Of a DNA stretch of 64,000 nt, positions 47,951 through 56,659 are shown one piece after another. The DNA comes from an uncultured Haloferula sp. GTDB taxonomy: Bacteria; Verrucomicrobiota; Verrucomicrobiia; Verrucomicrobiales; Akkermansiaceae. The translations under genes were made by a program, and so were the position numbers. Positions within the stretch are counted from its first letter, which is position 1, and every line of letters begins with the position of its first letter. The notes under the pieces were generated by a model. It did not search any database, was not told where the DNA came from, and saw only the letters and a program-made list of their open reading frames with translations. The stretch covers positions 288,001 to 352,000 of the forward strand of contig CBFGTS010000001.1 in assembly GCA_965652295.1 (NCBI GenBank), read 5' to 3'.

Positions 47951-49219
47951 ATGGATTTCGAATTTTCCCAAACCGGCCGCGAGCTTGCCGGCGGCAGTGG
48001 CATCGGCGAACTGATGGAAGACCTCGGTCACGCCCTTGCCACCGGTGGCGATGTGAAAATGTTGGGCGGCGGCCAACCGGCGCACCTGCCGGAGGTGAAC
48101 TCGATCTGGCGGAGGCGGATGGAGGAAATCCTCTCCGAGCCGGGAGCGCTGGAAAAGGCCCTGGCGAGCTACGATCCCCCTCGCGGGAATCCCGGCTTCC
48201 TCTCCGCACTTGCGCGACTCTTCCGCGAGCGCTTCGGGTGGGAGGTGAGCGAGGAGAATCTGGCGGTGACGGCCGGGGGGCAGACGGCCTTCTTTTTCCT
48301 ATTCAATCTCCTGGCAGGTCTGATGCCGGACGGCCGGAAAAAGAAGATCCTGCTGCCGCTGGTTCCGGAATACATCGGCTACGCCAACCAGGGAGCGTCC
48401 GGCGATATTTTCCTCGCTGTGCCGCCGGTGGTCGAAAAGACCGGTCCGCACGAGTTCAAATACCGCGTCGATTTCGAGCGCCTGGAGATCACTCCTGAGA
48501 TCGCCGCGATCTGCGTCTCCCGGCCGACCAATCCCACCGGCAACGTCCTGACGGATGAGGAGATCGGGCGTCTTTCCGAGCTGGCAAAGCGCCACGGCAT
48601 CCCGTTGATCATCGACAATGCCTACGGTGCGCCTTTTCCGGGGATCATTTTCACCGACGCCACCCCGGTCTGGGACGAACACATCATCCTGACCCTCAGC
48701 CTTTCCAAGCTCGGCCTGCCGGGAACCCGCACGGGAATCGTCGTCGCCCATCCCAAAATCGCCGCCGCCATCGCCTCCATGAGTTCGATCGTGGGCCTAG
48801 CCAACCCGAACCTCGGGCAGGCGATCGTGAAACCGCTTCTGGAAAACGGGGAGATTCTCCGGCTCTCGGCGGAGACCATCCGCCCTTTTTATCGGGCGAA
48901 ATCCCGCCAAGCCATCGCCTGGGTGGAGGAATCCTTTGGCGACGACTTCGATTACTATATTCATCGTAGCGAAGGAGCCCTGTTCCTCTGGCTGTGGTTC
49001 CCGGGGATTCCCATTTCCTCCGCGGAACTGTACGAGCGGCTGAAAAAGCGGGGCGTGCTCGTGGTTCCCGGCCACTATTTCTTTTTCGGGCTGGGCGAGA
49101 CGCCCTGCTCCTATCGCAATGAGTGCCTGCGGATTTCATATGCGATGGGCGACGTGCCCGTGCGGGAGGGTATCCGGATCATCGGCGAGGAGGTTCGGAT
49201 CGCCCTCAAATCTCTCTGA
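47951..49219 (+). CDS. avtA: Valine-pyruvate transaminase
   Basis: MLGGG.PA, PEYIGY, SRPTNPTGN, IDNAYG.PFP, SLSKLGLPG.R.G. Confidence 0.92.
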   Translation: MDFEFSQTGRELAGGSGIGELMEDLGHALATGGDVKMLGGGQPAHLPEVNSIWRRRMEEILSEPGALEKALASYDPPRGNPGFLSALARLFRERFGWEVSEENLAVTAGGQTAFFFLFNLLAGLMPDGRKKKILLPLVPEYIGYANQGASGDIFLAVPPVVEKTGPHEFKYRVDFERLEITPEIAAICVSRPTNPTGNVLTDEEIGRLSELAKRHGIPLIIDNAYGAPFPGIIFTDATPVWDEHIILTLSLSKLGLPGTRTGIVVAHPKIAAAIASMSSIVGLANPNLGQAIVKPLLENGEILRLSAETIRPFYRAKSRQAIAWVEESFGDDFDYYIHRSEGALFLWLWFPGIPISSAELYERLKKRGVLVVPGHYFFFGLGETPCSYRNECLRISYAMGDVPVREGIRIIGEEVRIALKSL

Positions 49220-49421
49220 ATTAGACGGTTATCCGGTTTTTTGAAGGACCGTCGAGCGGTGGAGGGCGGGTTGAACGCCTCCGCGATCACGTAAGTATTT
49301 AGGGATTCCGGTTTTTCGATTTAGGTGGATGATCGGGACGTGCGGCTGATACCGCACACCGTCCACCTCCCCCGGAGGACGTTCCCCCTAAATCGAGTTC
49401 ACCCCCAACTCACTCCCCCCC

Positions 49422-50141
49422 ATGAAGACACGACTCCCCCAGTCGGTTTGCGCCCTCGTCGCGCTAGCTATCACCGCCCTCGGCGGATCCTCCCACGCCA
49501 GCGACATTCCTGTCGGTTTCATCAACGCCTCCCCGGGCGTGGTCAAAGTAGGCACCTTTCCAGAGCTGGATTGGCAGATCAAATACCCGGTGAAGCTGGA
49601 TGACCTCGTGAAGGTCTCCTCCCCGGGCACGATCATTCCGAAGACCGATCTGGACATGAAAGTCCGCCTCCTCGGCGCGGGCGTGACGCTCAGCTACTCG
49701 AACGGCTCGAACCTGACCTTCGTTCACACCGAAGGTTACTTCAGCTACAACGGTGGCCACTGGCAGAAGCTTTTCGCGGGCACCAACGACGATGTCGACC
49801 AGAGCGAGGTGCTCAAGTCGCAGAAGGTGACCGCCGGCAAGTCGATCCGCTTCGGAGGTCGCTACTGGCACAACAGCTGGTCCTCCTTCTACAGCTCCAA
49901 CGACGGCACTCAGAACGTCCGGGTGCTCAAGGACGGCGACTCGATCCCGACCACCTACGACGTCGCGAATTCCCCGACCCTTGAGCAGTTCATCAAGCCT
50001 TACCTCGATGCGGGCGGCAAGGTGGACATCGGACCGATGGACATGATCGTGATGCTGGAGCTGACCCACACCGACAGCCAGCGGTACCAAAGTGGCTACG
50101 ACCTACAGGATCTCGTATTTCTCGTGACCTTCAGTGAATAG
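49422..50141 (+). CDS. Hypothetical secreted protein (DUF4114-like C-terminal motif)
   Basis: Signal peptide; ends in ELT...YDLQDLVFLV. Confidence 0.75.
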   Translation: MKTRLPQSVCALVALAITALGGSSHASDIPVGFINASPGVVKVGTFPELDWQIKYPVKLDDLVKVSSPGTIIPKTDLDMKVRLLGAGVTLSYSNGSNLTFVHTEGYFSYNGGHWQKLFAGTNDDVDQSEVLKSQKVTAGKSIRFGGRYWHNSWSSFYSSNDGTQNVRVLKDGDSIPTTYDVANSPTLEQFIKPYLDAGGKVDIGPMDMIVMLELTHTDSQRYQSGYDLQDLVFLVTFSE

Positions 50142-50174
50142 TAGACTCCGGCCGATCCACACCCCACCGCACCC

Positions 50175-51200
50175 ATGAAGACCGCCCTCCACACACTCGC
50201 CGTTTCCCTCCTGGGGCTGTCCGCAGTGTCCGGGCAGTCCTCCGACTACACCAACTTCATCCGCCAGGTCCTGCTCGGCAGCGACCCGGCGATCTACTGG
50301 GATGTCAGCGTGGAATCCAAAGGAGAGCGGCTTTCTCCGGTGGCCCTGGATCTCGCCGGGGCCCGCTACGAGCTCTGGACGGTGAAGTCCAAACCGTGGA
50401 CCTCCTACCTGCTGGACACCGCCTACGTCAGCGCCTTTGCGCCGGAGGCGGAGATCGTCATCGAAACCCTTGACCCCGATGGCGGCACCGTGCCCCGCAC
50501 CCGCGCCGACCAGCCTTTCAGTGTTGAGATCCAGGTGAAGGGCCTCCTTTCCGGGAACGACGCCCCCGCGGCTTCGAAGTCCGTCCGTCTCCTGCATCAC
50601 GTCCAGTCGTACGGCGGCACGAATGGCGAGAACATCGATCGCACCCAGGCGGACTTGTTCGCCCAGTCCGTGATCGATAAGAACGGCAAGACCACCCTCG
50701 ACTACGGGATGACGAACATCCCGGTTTCCGACCTTACAAGGGTCCGTGGCGAAGAGCGTTTCTCGGTCTACACGAGGAAGGACGACGGCACCCTGGATGA
50801 GCAGCTTTGCTCGCGCTACGTGATCGTCTGGCCGATCACCCAGGTCGCGATCACCGGGCTGAAAAAGGACGCGTTGATCCGTTTCGAGACACCCGACGTC
50901 AACATCCAGGTGGTGGACATGTATCCGAAGTCCTACACCTACACGCAGATCTATCCCGGCCACCCGAAGCTCGGCATGGCGGGAACCAAGATTCCATCCG
51001 CGCAGCGCCAGCTCGATCAGGCCATCCCGGCCAGCAAGACCTGGCGGATCAGCAATCTGGGCGACTACCTGACGAAGGACGGGCGTTGGACGCTCGAGGT
51101 GGTGACCGAAACCGTCTTCGGCAAGGAACGGCTGGGCTACGTCTCCTTCGATGTCGATCGCAGCCTGGAAGTTCGCTCGCTCATCTCGACCCTGGAATAA
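50175..51200 (+). CDS. Hypothetical secreted beta-rich protein
   Basis: Signal peptide; strongly coding-like codon usage. Confidence 0.75.
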   Translation: MKTALHTLAVSLLGLSAVSGQSSDYTNFIRQVLLGSDPAIYWDVSVESKGERLSPVALDLAGARYELWTVKSKPWTSYLLDTAYVSAFAPEAEIVIETLDPDGGTVPRTRADQPFSVEIQVKGLLSGNDAPAASKSVRLLHHVQSYGGTNGENIDRTQADLFAQSVIDKNGKTTLDYGMTNIPVSDLTRVRGEERFSVYTRKDDGTLDEQLCSRYVIVWPITQVAITGLKKDALIRFETPDVNIQVVDMYPKSYTYTQIYPGHPKLGMAGTKIPSAQRQLDQAIPASKTWRISNLGDYLTKDGRWTLEVVTETVFGKERLGYVSFDVDRSLEVRSLISTLE

Positions 51201-51219
51201 ACCTCCGCCTTCTCCCGTT

Positions 51220-51750
51220 ATGAAACTCCCTGAAGTTTTCTGCCTCTTCGGTCTCGCCATCCTGTCCATCGCCCAGGCGGAGGAAATGCGCGAAGCTCCG
51301 ACTCACGAAGAGATTCTCCACCGGCTGCGCGTCCAGCGGCAGAATGATCCGATGAAGGATCTCCAGATCGTGGAAGGCGATGATCCATCGAAGACCAACC
51401 GGCCCGCCGATATTCTGGAAACCTCGGAATTCCTCTCCTTTTCCGGCCTGACGACGCTGGTGCCGAAGGGTGCCGTGCTTCATGTTCCGGCCCACCTCCA
51501 GACGCGGATCGGCAACCAGAGTGGAACGCGCATCGTGACCTGGTCCCAGTTTCTGGCCGAGAACCGTTCATGGATCGAGGTGGTGGAGTTCCAATTCGCC
51601 CAGGTCGCTGGCAAGGAGCCGTTGCCTGCCGGCCTGATCGGAAGCATGAAGGACTCACGTCGCATCATGGTGGCAGCCGTTCAAGGAGGGCCGATCTCGG
51701 TGCCCCCGGCGAAGATCGAGGAAGCGCGGGCCGCCGCCGAGGCGAAGTGA
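51220..51750 (+). CDS. Hypothetical secreted protein
   Basis: Signal peptide ending AQA; LVPKGAVLHVP...W.QF...N..WI motif; start moved to ATG 51220. Confidence 0.7.
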   Translation: MKLPEVFCLFGLAILSIAQAEEMREAPTHEEILHRLRVQRQNDPMKDLQIVEGDDPSKTNRPADILETSEFLSFSGLTTLVPKGAVLHVPAHLQTRIGNQSGTRIVTWSQFLAENRSWIEVVEFQFAQVAGKEPLPAGLIGSMKDSRRIMVAAVQGGPISVPPAKIEEARAAAEAK

Positions 51751-52028
51751 CGCCGACCGCCAGGCTCACGGACTGAGCCATCATTTTCCGCCGGTCGTGC
51801 CGGCGCGAAGGGAACAGAACGAAACGCGCTGGTGTGGGACACCAGCGCGTTTTTTTGGCAACGCCGGCAAGGAACACCCTCCCAAGAGGGGCTGCGGTTC
51901 TTCGCGCTCGGCGGGGACGGACTGATAAAATTTTTACGATTCTGAGTGGGGCGATGCAGCCGCTTGAGGAGGAAGCGGGTCTGCGATGAGGCGCCGCACG
52001 CAGGAACGAAAACCGGGAATGCTTCCGA

Positions 52029-52261
52029 GTACACTCCGAATCCCAAAGTACACCTGAGGTACACCGCAAGTTCCCAAGATGGACGGGGAGGGTGGTTTTC
52101 TAAAAAAACAGACCCTTGTTTAAGCCGTTTAGAAGGACTTGGAACACTGAAGTCCACTGGAAAACACCTCGTAACTCACTGATTGATAGTGATTTAAAAA
52201 TTATTCACAACGGCTCGAATTTCTCTTGCGGGTTTTAGTGTACTTTGGTGTAGTTGGCGCA
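52029..52261. promoter_or_regulatory. dcw/mraZ promoter region with candidate MraZ boxes, IHF-like site and DnaA box
   Basis: TACAC/TCCC boxes at ~10-bp period (52030-52075); GTGTA at 52238 and 52248; TAACTCACTGATT at 52172; TTATTCACA at 52201; TTGCGG-N17-TGTAGT. Confidence 0.55.
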
Positions 52262-52287
52262 CGGCAAATTCCGCCCGCCCCCTTTGA

Positions 52288-52743
52288 ATGTCCGCAACCG
52301 TCCAGAATCTGGAGAACCACTTTGTCCACAAGATGGACTCGAAGAACCGCGTGTCGGTTCCGACCGAGTTCCGTTTGGTGGAGGAGGGGACGCCGATTCG
52401 GATCATGCGCTCCAGCGAGCACGGCGAGCCGGTGATCAAGGTGTTCACCGAGGATCACTACCAAGGGAAGTTCGAGGAGATCGAGCAGGCCGAGGGGCTG
52501 CTGCCCGCCAAGAAGAAGCAGCTCGTGAGCGCGCTGCGCATGTTTTCCAAGCAAGTGACCATCAGTCCCCAGGGCAAGCTGACGCTGCCGAAGGACTGGT
52601 GCGACAAGGTCGGCCTCCGGGCCGAAGAGCACGCGGTCCTCGGGGGCTGCGGCGATTATTTCATTATCTGCAGTCAGGACGCCATGACCCGCATGGAGGA
52701 GAGCCTCCGCGATCTCGACGACGGCGGCCTCGGCGTCCTGTAA
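52288..52743 (+). CDS. mraZ: Transcriptional regulator MraZ
   Basis: HKMDSKNRVSVP..FR and second repeat QGKLTLP...G.GDYF.I; head of dcw cluster. Confidence 0.9.
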   Translation: MSATVQNLENHFVHKMDSKNRVSVPTEFRLVEEGTPIRIMRSSEHGEPVIKVFTEDHYQGKFEEIEQAEGLLPAKKKQLVSALRMFSKQVTISPQGKLTLPKDWCDKVGLRAEEHAVLGGCGDYFIICSQDAMTRMEESLRDLDDGGLGVL

Positions 52744-52864
52744 CCAAGATTTTCACCCAACGAACGACGACATGCTGTTCGCCCAACCAACCCTGGCATC
52801 CGGCACCACCCGCCCGGAAGCACCCACTTCCTCCTTCGGGCGGATGTCGGGGTTGGGCATGTTT

Positions 52865-53419
52865 TTCCAGCCGCGGCCCGGAGCAATCGGGACAGCGCTT
52901 TGCGCCGTGGCTACCCAAACGGTTGTCCGCTCCGGTTTCCATGGCTGGTTTGCGGAGCGGCGACCGGTGATTTCCCAGGCTGAGCGGAAGGAGTTTCTCG
53001 GGACAGTACTCCTTTCGCCGATTACCCCGCGTGTCCGTGCCGGTTTCCATGGCTGGTTTGCGGCACGGACCGCGGCATTTTTTTCCAACGACACTCCGGC
53101 TCCGTCTCTCGGGACAGCGGCGGCACCGGAGTCACTCATGACGGTTGTCCGCTCCGGTTTCCATGGCTGGTTTGCGGGGCGGCGACCGATGATTTCCCAG
53201 GCTGAGCGGAAGGAGTTACTCGGGACAGCACTCCTTTCGCCGATTACCCCGCGTGTCCGCGCCGGTTTCCATGGCTGGTTTGCGGCGCGGACCGCGGCAT
53301 TTTTTTCCAAAGTAGCTCCGGCTCCGTCTCTCGGGACAGCGTCGGCTCCGGAGCTTCGCAAAACGGTTGTCCGCTCCGGTTTCCATGGCTGGTTTGCGGA
53401 GCGGCGACCGGTGATTTTC
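52865..53419 (+). repeat. Five-unit, 111-nt-period structured tandem array (222-nt higher-order repeat)
   Basis: TCGGGACAG at 52887/52998/53109/53220/53331; CCGGTTTCCATGGCTGGTTTGCGG at 52932/53040/53154/53262/53376; flanking stems covary. Confidence 0.95.
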
Positions 53420-54382
53420 ATGAGCGAGTCGGCCGAAGGCGGCGCTTGCGACTACCACCTGTCGGTCCTTCCGGAGGAAACGAAGCATTGGATGGCCGCA
53501 GGGCCGGGGAAGTTCATCATCGATGGCACCCTCGGCGGAGGCGGCCACAGCGAGGCGTTTCTCAAGGACGGAGCACGCGTGCTCGGAGTCGATCGCGATC
53601 CCGAGGCCATTGCCTACGCCAGCGCACGGCTGGCCCCGTATGGCGACCGCTTCCGCACGTGGCATGGAAACTTTGCCGATCTCTGTGAAGATCCCGAGAT
53701 CCAGGGGGGAGAGCGGGCCGACGGTCTGCTCCTGGATCTCGGGGTGTCTTCCCATCAGCTCGATGCCCCGGAGCGGGGCTTTTCGTTCATGCGCGAGGGC
53801 CCGCTCGACATGCGCATGGGCCCGGCGGTGGAAAAGACCGCGGCGGATCTGGTCAACACCTGGTCCGAGGCGGAAATCGTCCGCATCCTCCGCGAATACG
53901 GCGAGGAGCCCAAAGCGCGCCGGATCGCGGCCGCCATCGTCCGCCAGCGGGCGGAGAAGCCGTTTTCCACGACCACCGACCTCGCCGGCTGCATTGAAAA
54001 GACGGTCGGCCGCAGCGGTCGCACCCATCCGGCCACCCGCGCTTTTCAGGCGATCCGGATCGCCGTCAATGACGAGCTCGGCTCGCTGAGGAGAGCGTTG
54101 GAGGCTTCCATCCATCTTCTGAAGCCCGGAGGACGGTTGCTGGTCATCACCTTCCACAGCCTCGAGGACCGGATGGTGAAACAATTCATGAGGGATCGGT
54201 CCCGGGAATGGATCGACCAACCCCAATGGCCGGAGCCACGGCGGAACCCCGACCGGGTCTTCCGGCTGCCACAGTTGAAGGCGATCGCCGCAACCCCTGA
54301 AGAAATCCAAGTCAATCCCCGGGCCCGCAGTGCGAAACTGCGGGTCGCCGAGCTTCTGGACCCAGCCGAAACCGCACCATGA
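53420..54382 (+). CDS. rsmH: 16S rRNA m4C1402 methyltransferase RsmH (core; frame open back to ATG 52772)
   Basis: HLSVL, DGTLGGGGHS, DLGVSS.QLD..ERGFSF, FQAIRIAVN.EL, ITFHSLEDR, NPRARSAKLR. Confidence 0.96.
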   Translation: MSESAEGGACDYHLSVLPEETKHWMAAGPGKFIIDGTLGGGGHSEAFLKDGARVLGVDRDPEAIAYASARLAPYGDRFRTWHGNFADLCEDPEIQGGERADGLLLDLGVSSHQLDAPERGFSFMREGPLDMRMGPAVEKTAADLVNTWSEAEIVRILREYGEEPKARRIAAAIVRQRAEKPFSTTTDLAGCIEKTVGRSGRTHPATRAFQAIRIAVNDELGSLRRALEASIHLLKPGGRLLVITFHSLEDRMVKQFMRDRSREWIDQPQWPEPRRNPDRVFRLPQLKAIAATPEEIQVNPRARSAKLRVAELLDPAETAP

Positions 54383-54720
54383 ACCGCCGACGCTCCGAAC
54401 CCAGGAAATCCCACCTCGCCGCCTACATCGCCCTCGGCCTGCTCACGGGCATCGCCACCACCGGTGGAGCCATGCACGCGATTTTCCGCAACGGCCAGAT
54501 CCAAACCGAGCGCAAGATCAGCGAGGCCCGCAAGCGCATCGAGGAAGTCCGGGCCGACATCCAGTTGATCGACGTCCGCCGCGAGCGCCTGATGGATCGC
54601 TACGAGATCCGCGATCAGCTGGCCATGCTCGACTCACCGCTCGTGCCGGTGACCTACGAGGTCATCGAGCGCATCCAGGACCCTTCGGTCGAGCCCATGC
54701 CCGTTGCCGCCCATCCCTGA
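54379..54720 (+). CDS. ftsL: FtsL-like cell division protein
   Basis: One TM helix plus coiled coil; between rsmH and ftsI; ATGA overlap. Confidence 0.65.
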   Translation: MNRRRSEPRKSHLAAYIALGLLTGIATTGGAMHAIFRNGQIQTERKISEARKRIEEVRADIQLIDVRRERLMDRYEIRDQLAMLDSPLVPVTYEVIERIQDPSVEPMPVAAHP

Positions 54721-54727
54721 TTTTCCC

Positions 54728-56659
54728 GTGACCCGGCGGAACTTCCAGCGTCGTTGTTTGCTCCTGTGCTCGATCTTCGTGATCGGGCTCAGTTTGCTTT
54801 CGGTGCGGTTGATCCAGATCCAGTTGCTGGACCGCCAGAAATACCGCGAGCGCGCCCGCGCCGCCTACGACCGCAGCGAGGTCTTGCCCGGCCTCCGGGG
54901 GAAAATCGTCGATCGCAATGACGAGGTGCTGGCGAAGAGCATCGGGCTCAGCACCATGATGGTCGATGCGAAGCTGCTCCAGGACCCGGTCGTGGTCGTC
55001 CGCGCCCTGGCCTACAAGCGCGCTTCCACCGAGCCGGGATGGGACCAGCTTGGCAGTGATGAGAAGGCGCGCAAGGTCAAGGCCTACCGCAGCGTGATTC
55101 TGGAGGAGGAGAAGGAAGAGCTCCATATTCTCGTCGATCGTCATCTCGCCCATGCCGTGGGACTGCTCGCCCGTCCGCTGGGCCTCCGTCGCGAGGAACT
55201 CAGGGCACGCATTGAGGAGCCGCTGGCGAAAGGACGGAAGTACTTCCCCATTGCCAAGGACCTGCCCGAAGACATCGCCGATTCGATCCGCGAACTGATC
55301 GAGCGCAACGACCTCAAGGGCTTCCGTTGGGACAACAGCATCAAGCGCTGGTACAGCTCGCCCGATCTCGCCGTGCACGTCGTCGGCTACACCGGGGAGG
55401 AGAAAACCGTCGATGACCGGGGCGAGGACAAGTTCATCCAAGTCGGGAAGTTCGGCGTCGAGGCGGCGCTTGAGGAATACCTGCGCGGGCGCGACGGCCG
55501 CTGGGATCACCTCAACATTCCGATGCCCGGGGAGAAGGGCAACATGATCCCGCCGGTCCATGGCCTCAACGTCCAGCTCACGCTCGACATGGGCATCCAG
55601 GCGATGGTCGAGGAGGAATTCGACGCCGGGCTAGCGGAGTTCAAGGCCGAGCGTGGTTGCGTCGTCGTGCTGGATCCGGCTTCCGGCGAGGTGCTGGCGA
55701 TGGTCAGTCGCCCCGCCTTCAACCTGAATCTCAAGGAAGGTTTGTCCGAGGGCGCGATGAACTACGCGCTTCAGGGAATTTACGAGCCCGGGAGTACCTT
55801 CAAGATCATCGCCACCGCCGGGGCGCTGAACGAAAAGCTCGTTTCTCCGGACACGATGACTTTCTGTCACAACGGTCTTCTTCAGGAAGGCAAGCTTCGC
55901 ATTCCGGATCACCACCCCTACGGAATGCTGAGCGTCTGGGGAGTGCTTCAGAAATCGAGCAACATCGGCGCGTTCAAGATCGGGCGTCAGCTCGGGACGA
56001 AGCGCTTTTTCAACTATGCCCGGCGCTTCGGTTTCGGGGAGGAAACCGGAATCCTACTGAGCGGGGAATCGTCCGGGGTGGTGCGCGACACCAACAACCT
56101 CATCGATTTCAGCCGCCAGACCTACGGCTACGCCCTGAATGTGACTCCGCTCCAAGTGACCAACGCCTACGGCGCGATTGCCAATGGCGGCGAGTGGATC
56201 CGCCCGCGGGTCATCCGCTCGATCATCGCCCGCGATGGCACCGTGCTGGAGCGTTTCGAACCCGAGGTCGACCGCCGTGTGATCAGCGAACGCACCGCCC
56301 GCCAGATGCGGGAAGCCCTGGTGACCGTGGTGGAAAAAGGCGGCACCGCCACCCAGGCCGCGGTGCCGGGATACAAGGTCGCGGGCAAGACAGGGACGGC
56401 GCGGCGGGTCGAGGACGGCCGCTACCAAGAGGGCCATTACACCGTTTCCTTCGTGGGCTTCATGCCTGCCGAGGACCCTGCTTTCGTGTGTCTCGTGGTG
56501 GTGGACGACCCCCTCACCACCGAGGTCAAACGATACGGCGGCACCATTGCCGCACCGATTTTCGCGAAGATCGCCGCACGACTCGCAACGCACCTGCACT
56601 TGACTCCGACCGAGCCGGTGGACGACGAGGACGAACTCGCCGCCACCGAAAGACGATGA
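54728..56659 (+). CDS. ftsI: Class B penicillin-binding protein (FtsI/PBP3)
   Basis: RG.IVDRN, EPGSTFK (SxxK), SSN, KTGTA; GTG start chosen. Confidence 0.92.
   Translation: MTRRNFQRRCLLLCSIFVIGLSLLSVRLIQIQLLDRQKYRERARAAYDRSEVLPGLRGKIVDRNDEVLAKSIGLSTMMVDAKLLQDPVVVVRALAYKRASTEPGWDQLGSDEKARKVKAYRSVILEEEKEELHILVDRHLAHAVGLLARPLGLRREELRARIEEPLAKGRKYFPIAKDLPEDIADSIRELIERNDLKGFRWDNSIKRWYSSPDLAVHVVGYTGEEKTVDDRGEDKFIQVGKFGVEAALEEYLRGRDGRWDHLNIPMPGEKGNMIPPVHGLNVQLTLDMGIQAMVEEEFDAGLAEFKAERGCVVVLDPASGEVLAMVSRPAFNLNLKEGLSEGAMNYALQGIYEPGSTFKIIATAGALNEKLVSPDTMTFCHNGLLQEGKLRIPDHHPYGMLSVWGVLQKSSNIGAFKIGRQLGTKRFFNYARRFGFGEETGILLSGESSGVVRDTNNLIDFSRQTYGYALNVTPLQVTNAYGAIANGGEWIRPRVIRSIIARDGTVLERFEPEVDRRVISERTARQMREALVTVVEKGGTATQAAVPGYKVAGKTGTARRVEDGRYQEGHYTVSFVGFMPAEDPAFVCLVVVDDPLTTEVKRYGGTIAAPIFAKIAARLATHLHLTPTEPVDDEDELAATERR

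Noticed and set aside
52932..53399. 24-nt direct repeats as a CRISPR array
   Set aside because: Intervening segments are 84-90 nt, repeat each other and are structured; no cas genes in the window
52753..53421. Antisense 222-aa repeat ORF
   Set aside because: Mirror of the repeat array opposite the dcw transcript; no independent support
55657..56655. 833-aa ORF suggesting an N-terminally extended MurE (likewise extended MurD, DUF3365 and IlvD ORFs)
   Set aside because: The extensions are off-frame overlaps with upstream genes or intergenic run-ons; real starts are at ATGA/TGATG overlaps or downstream ATGs
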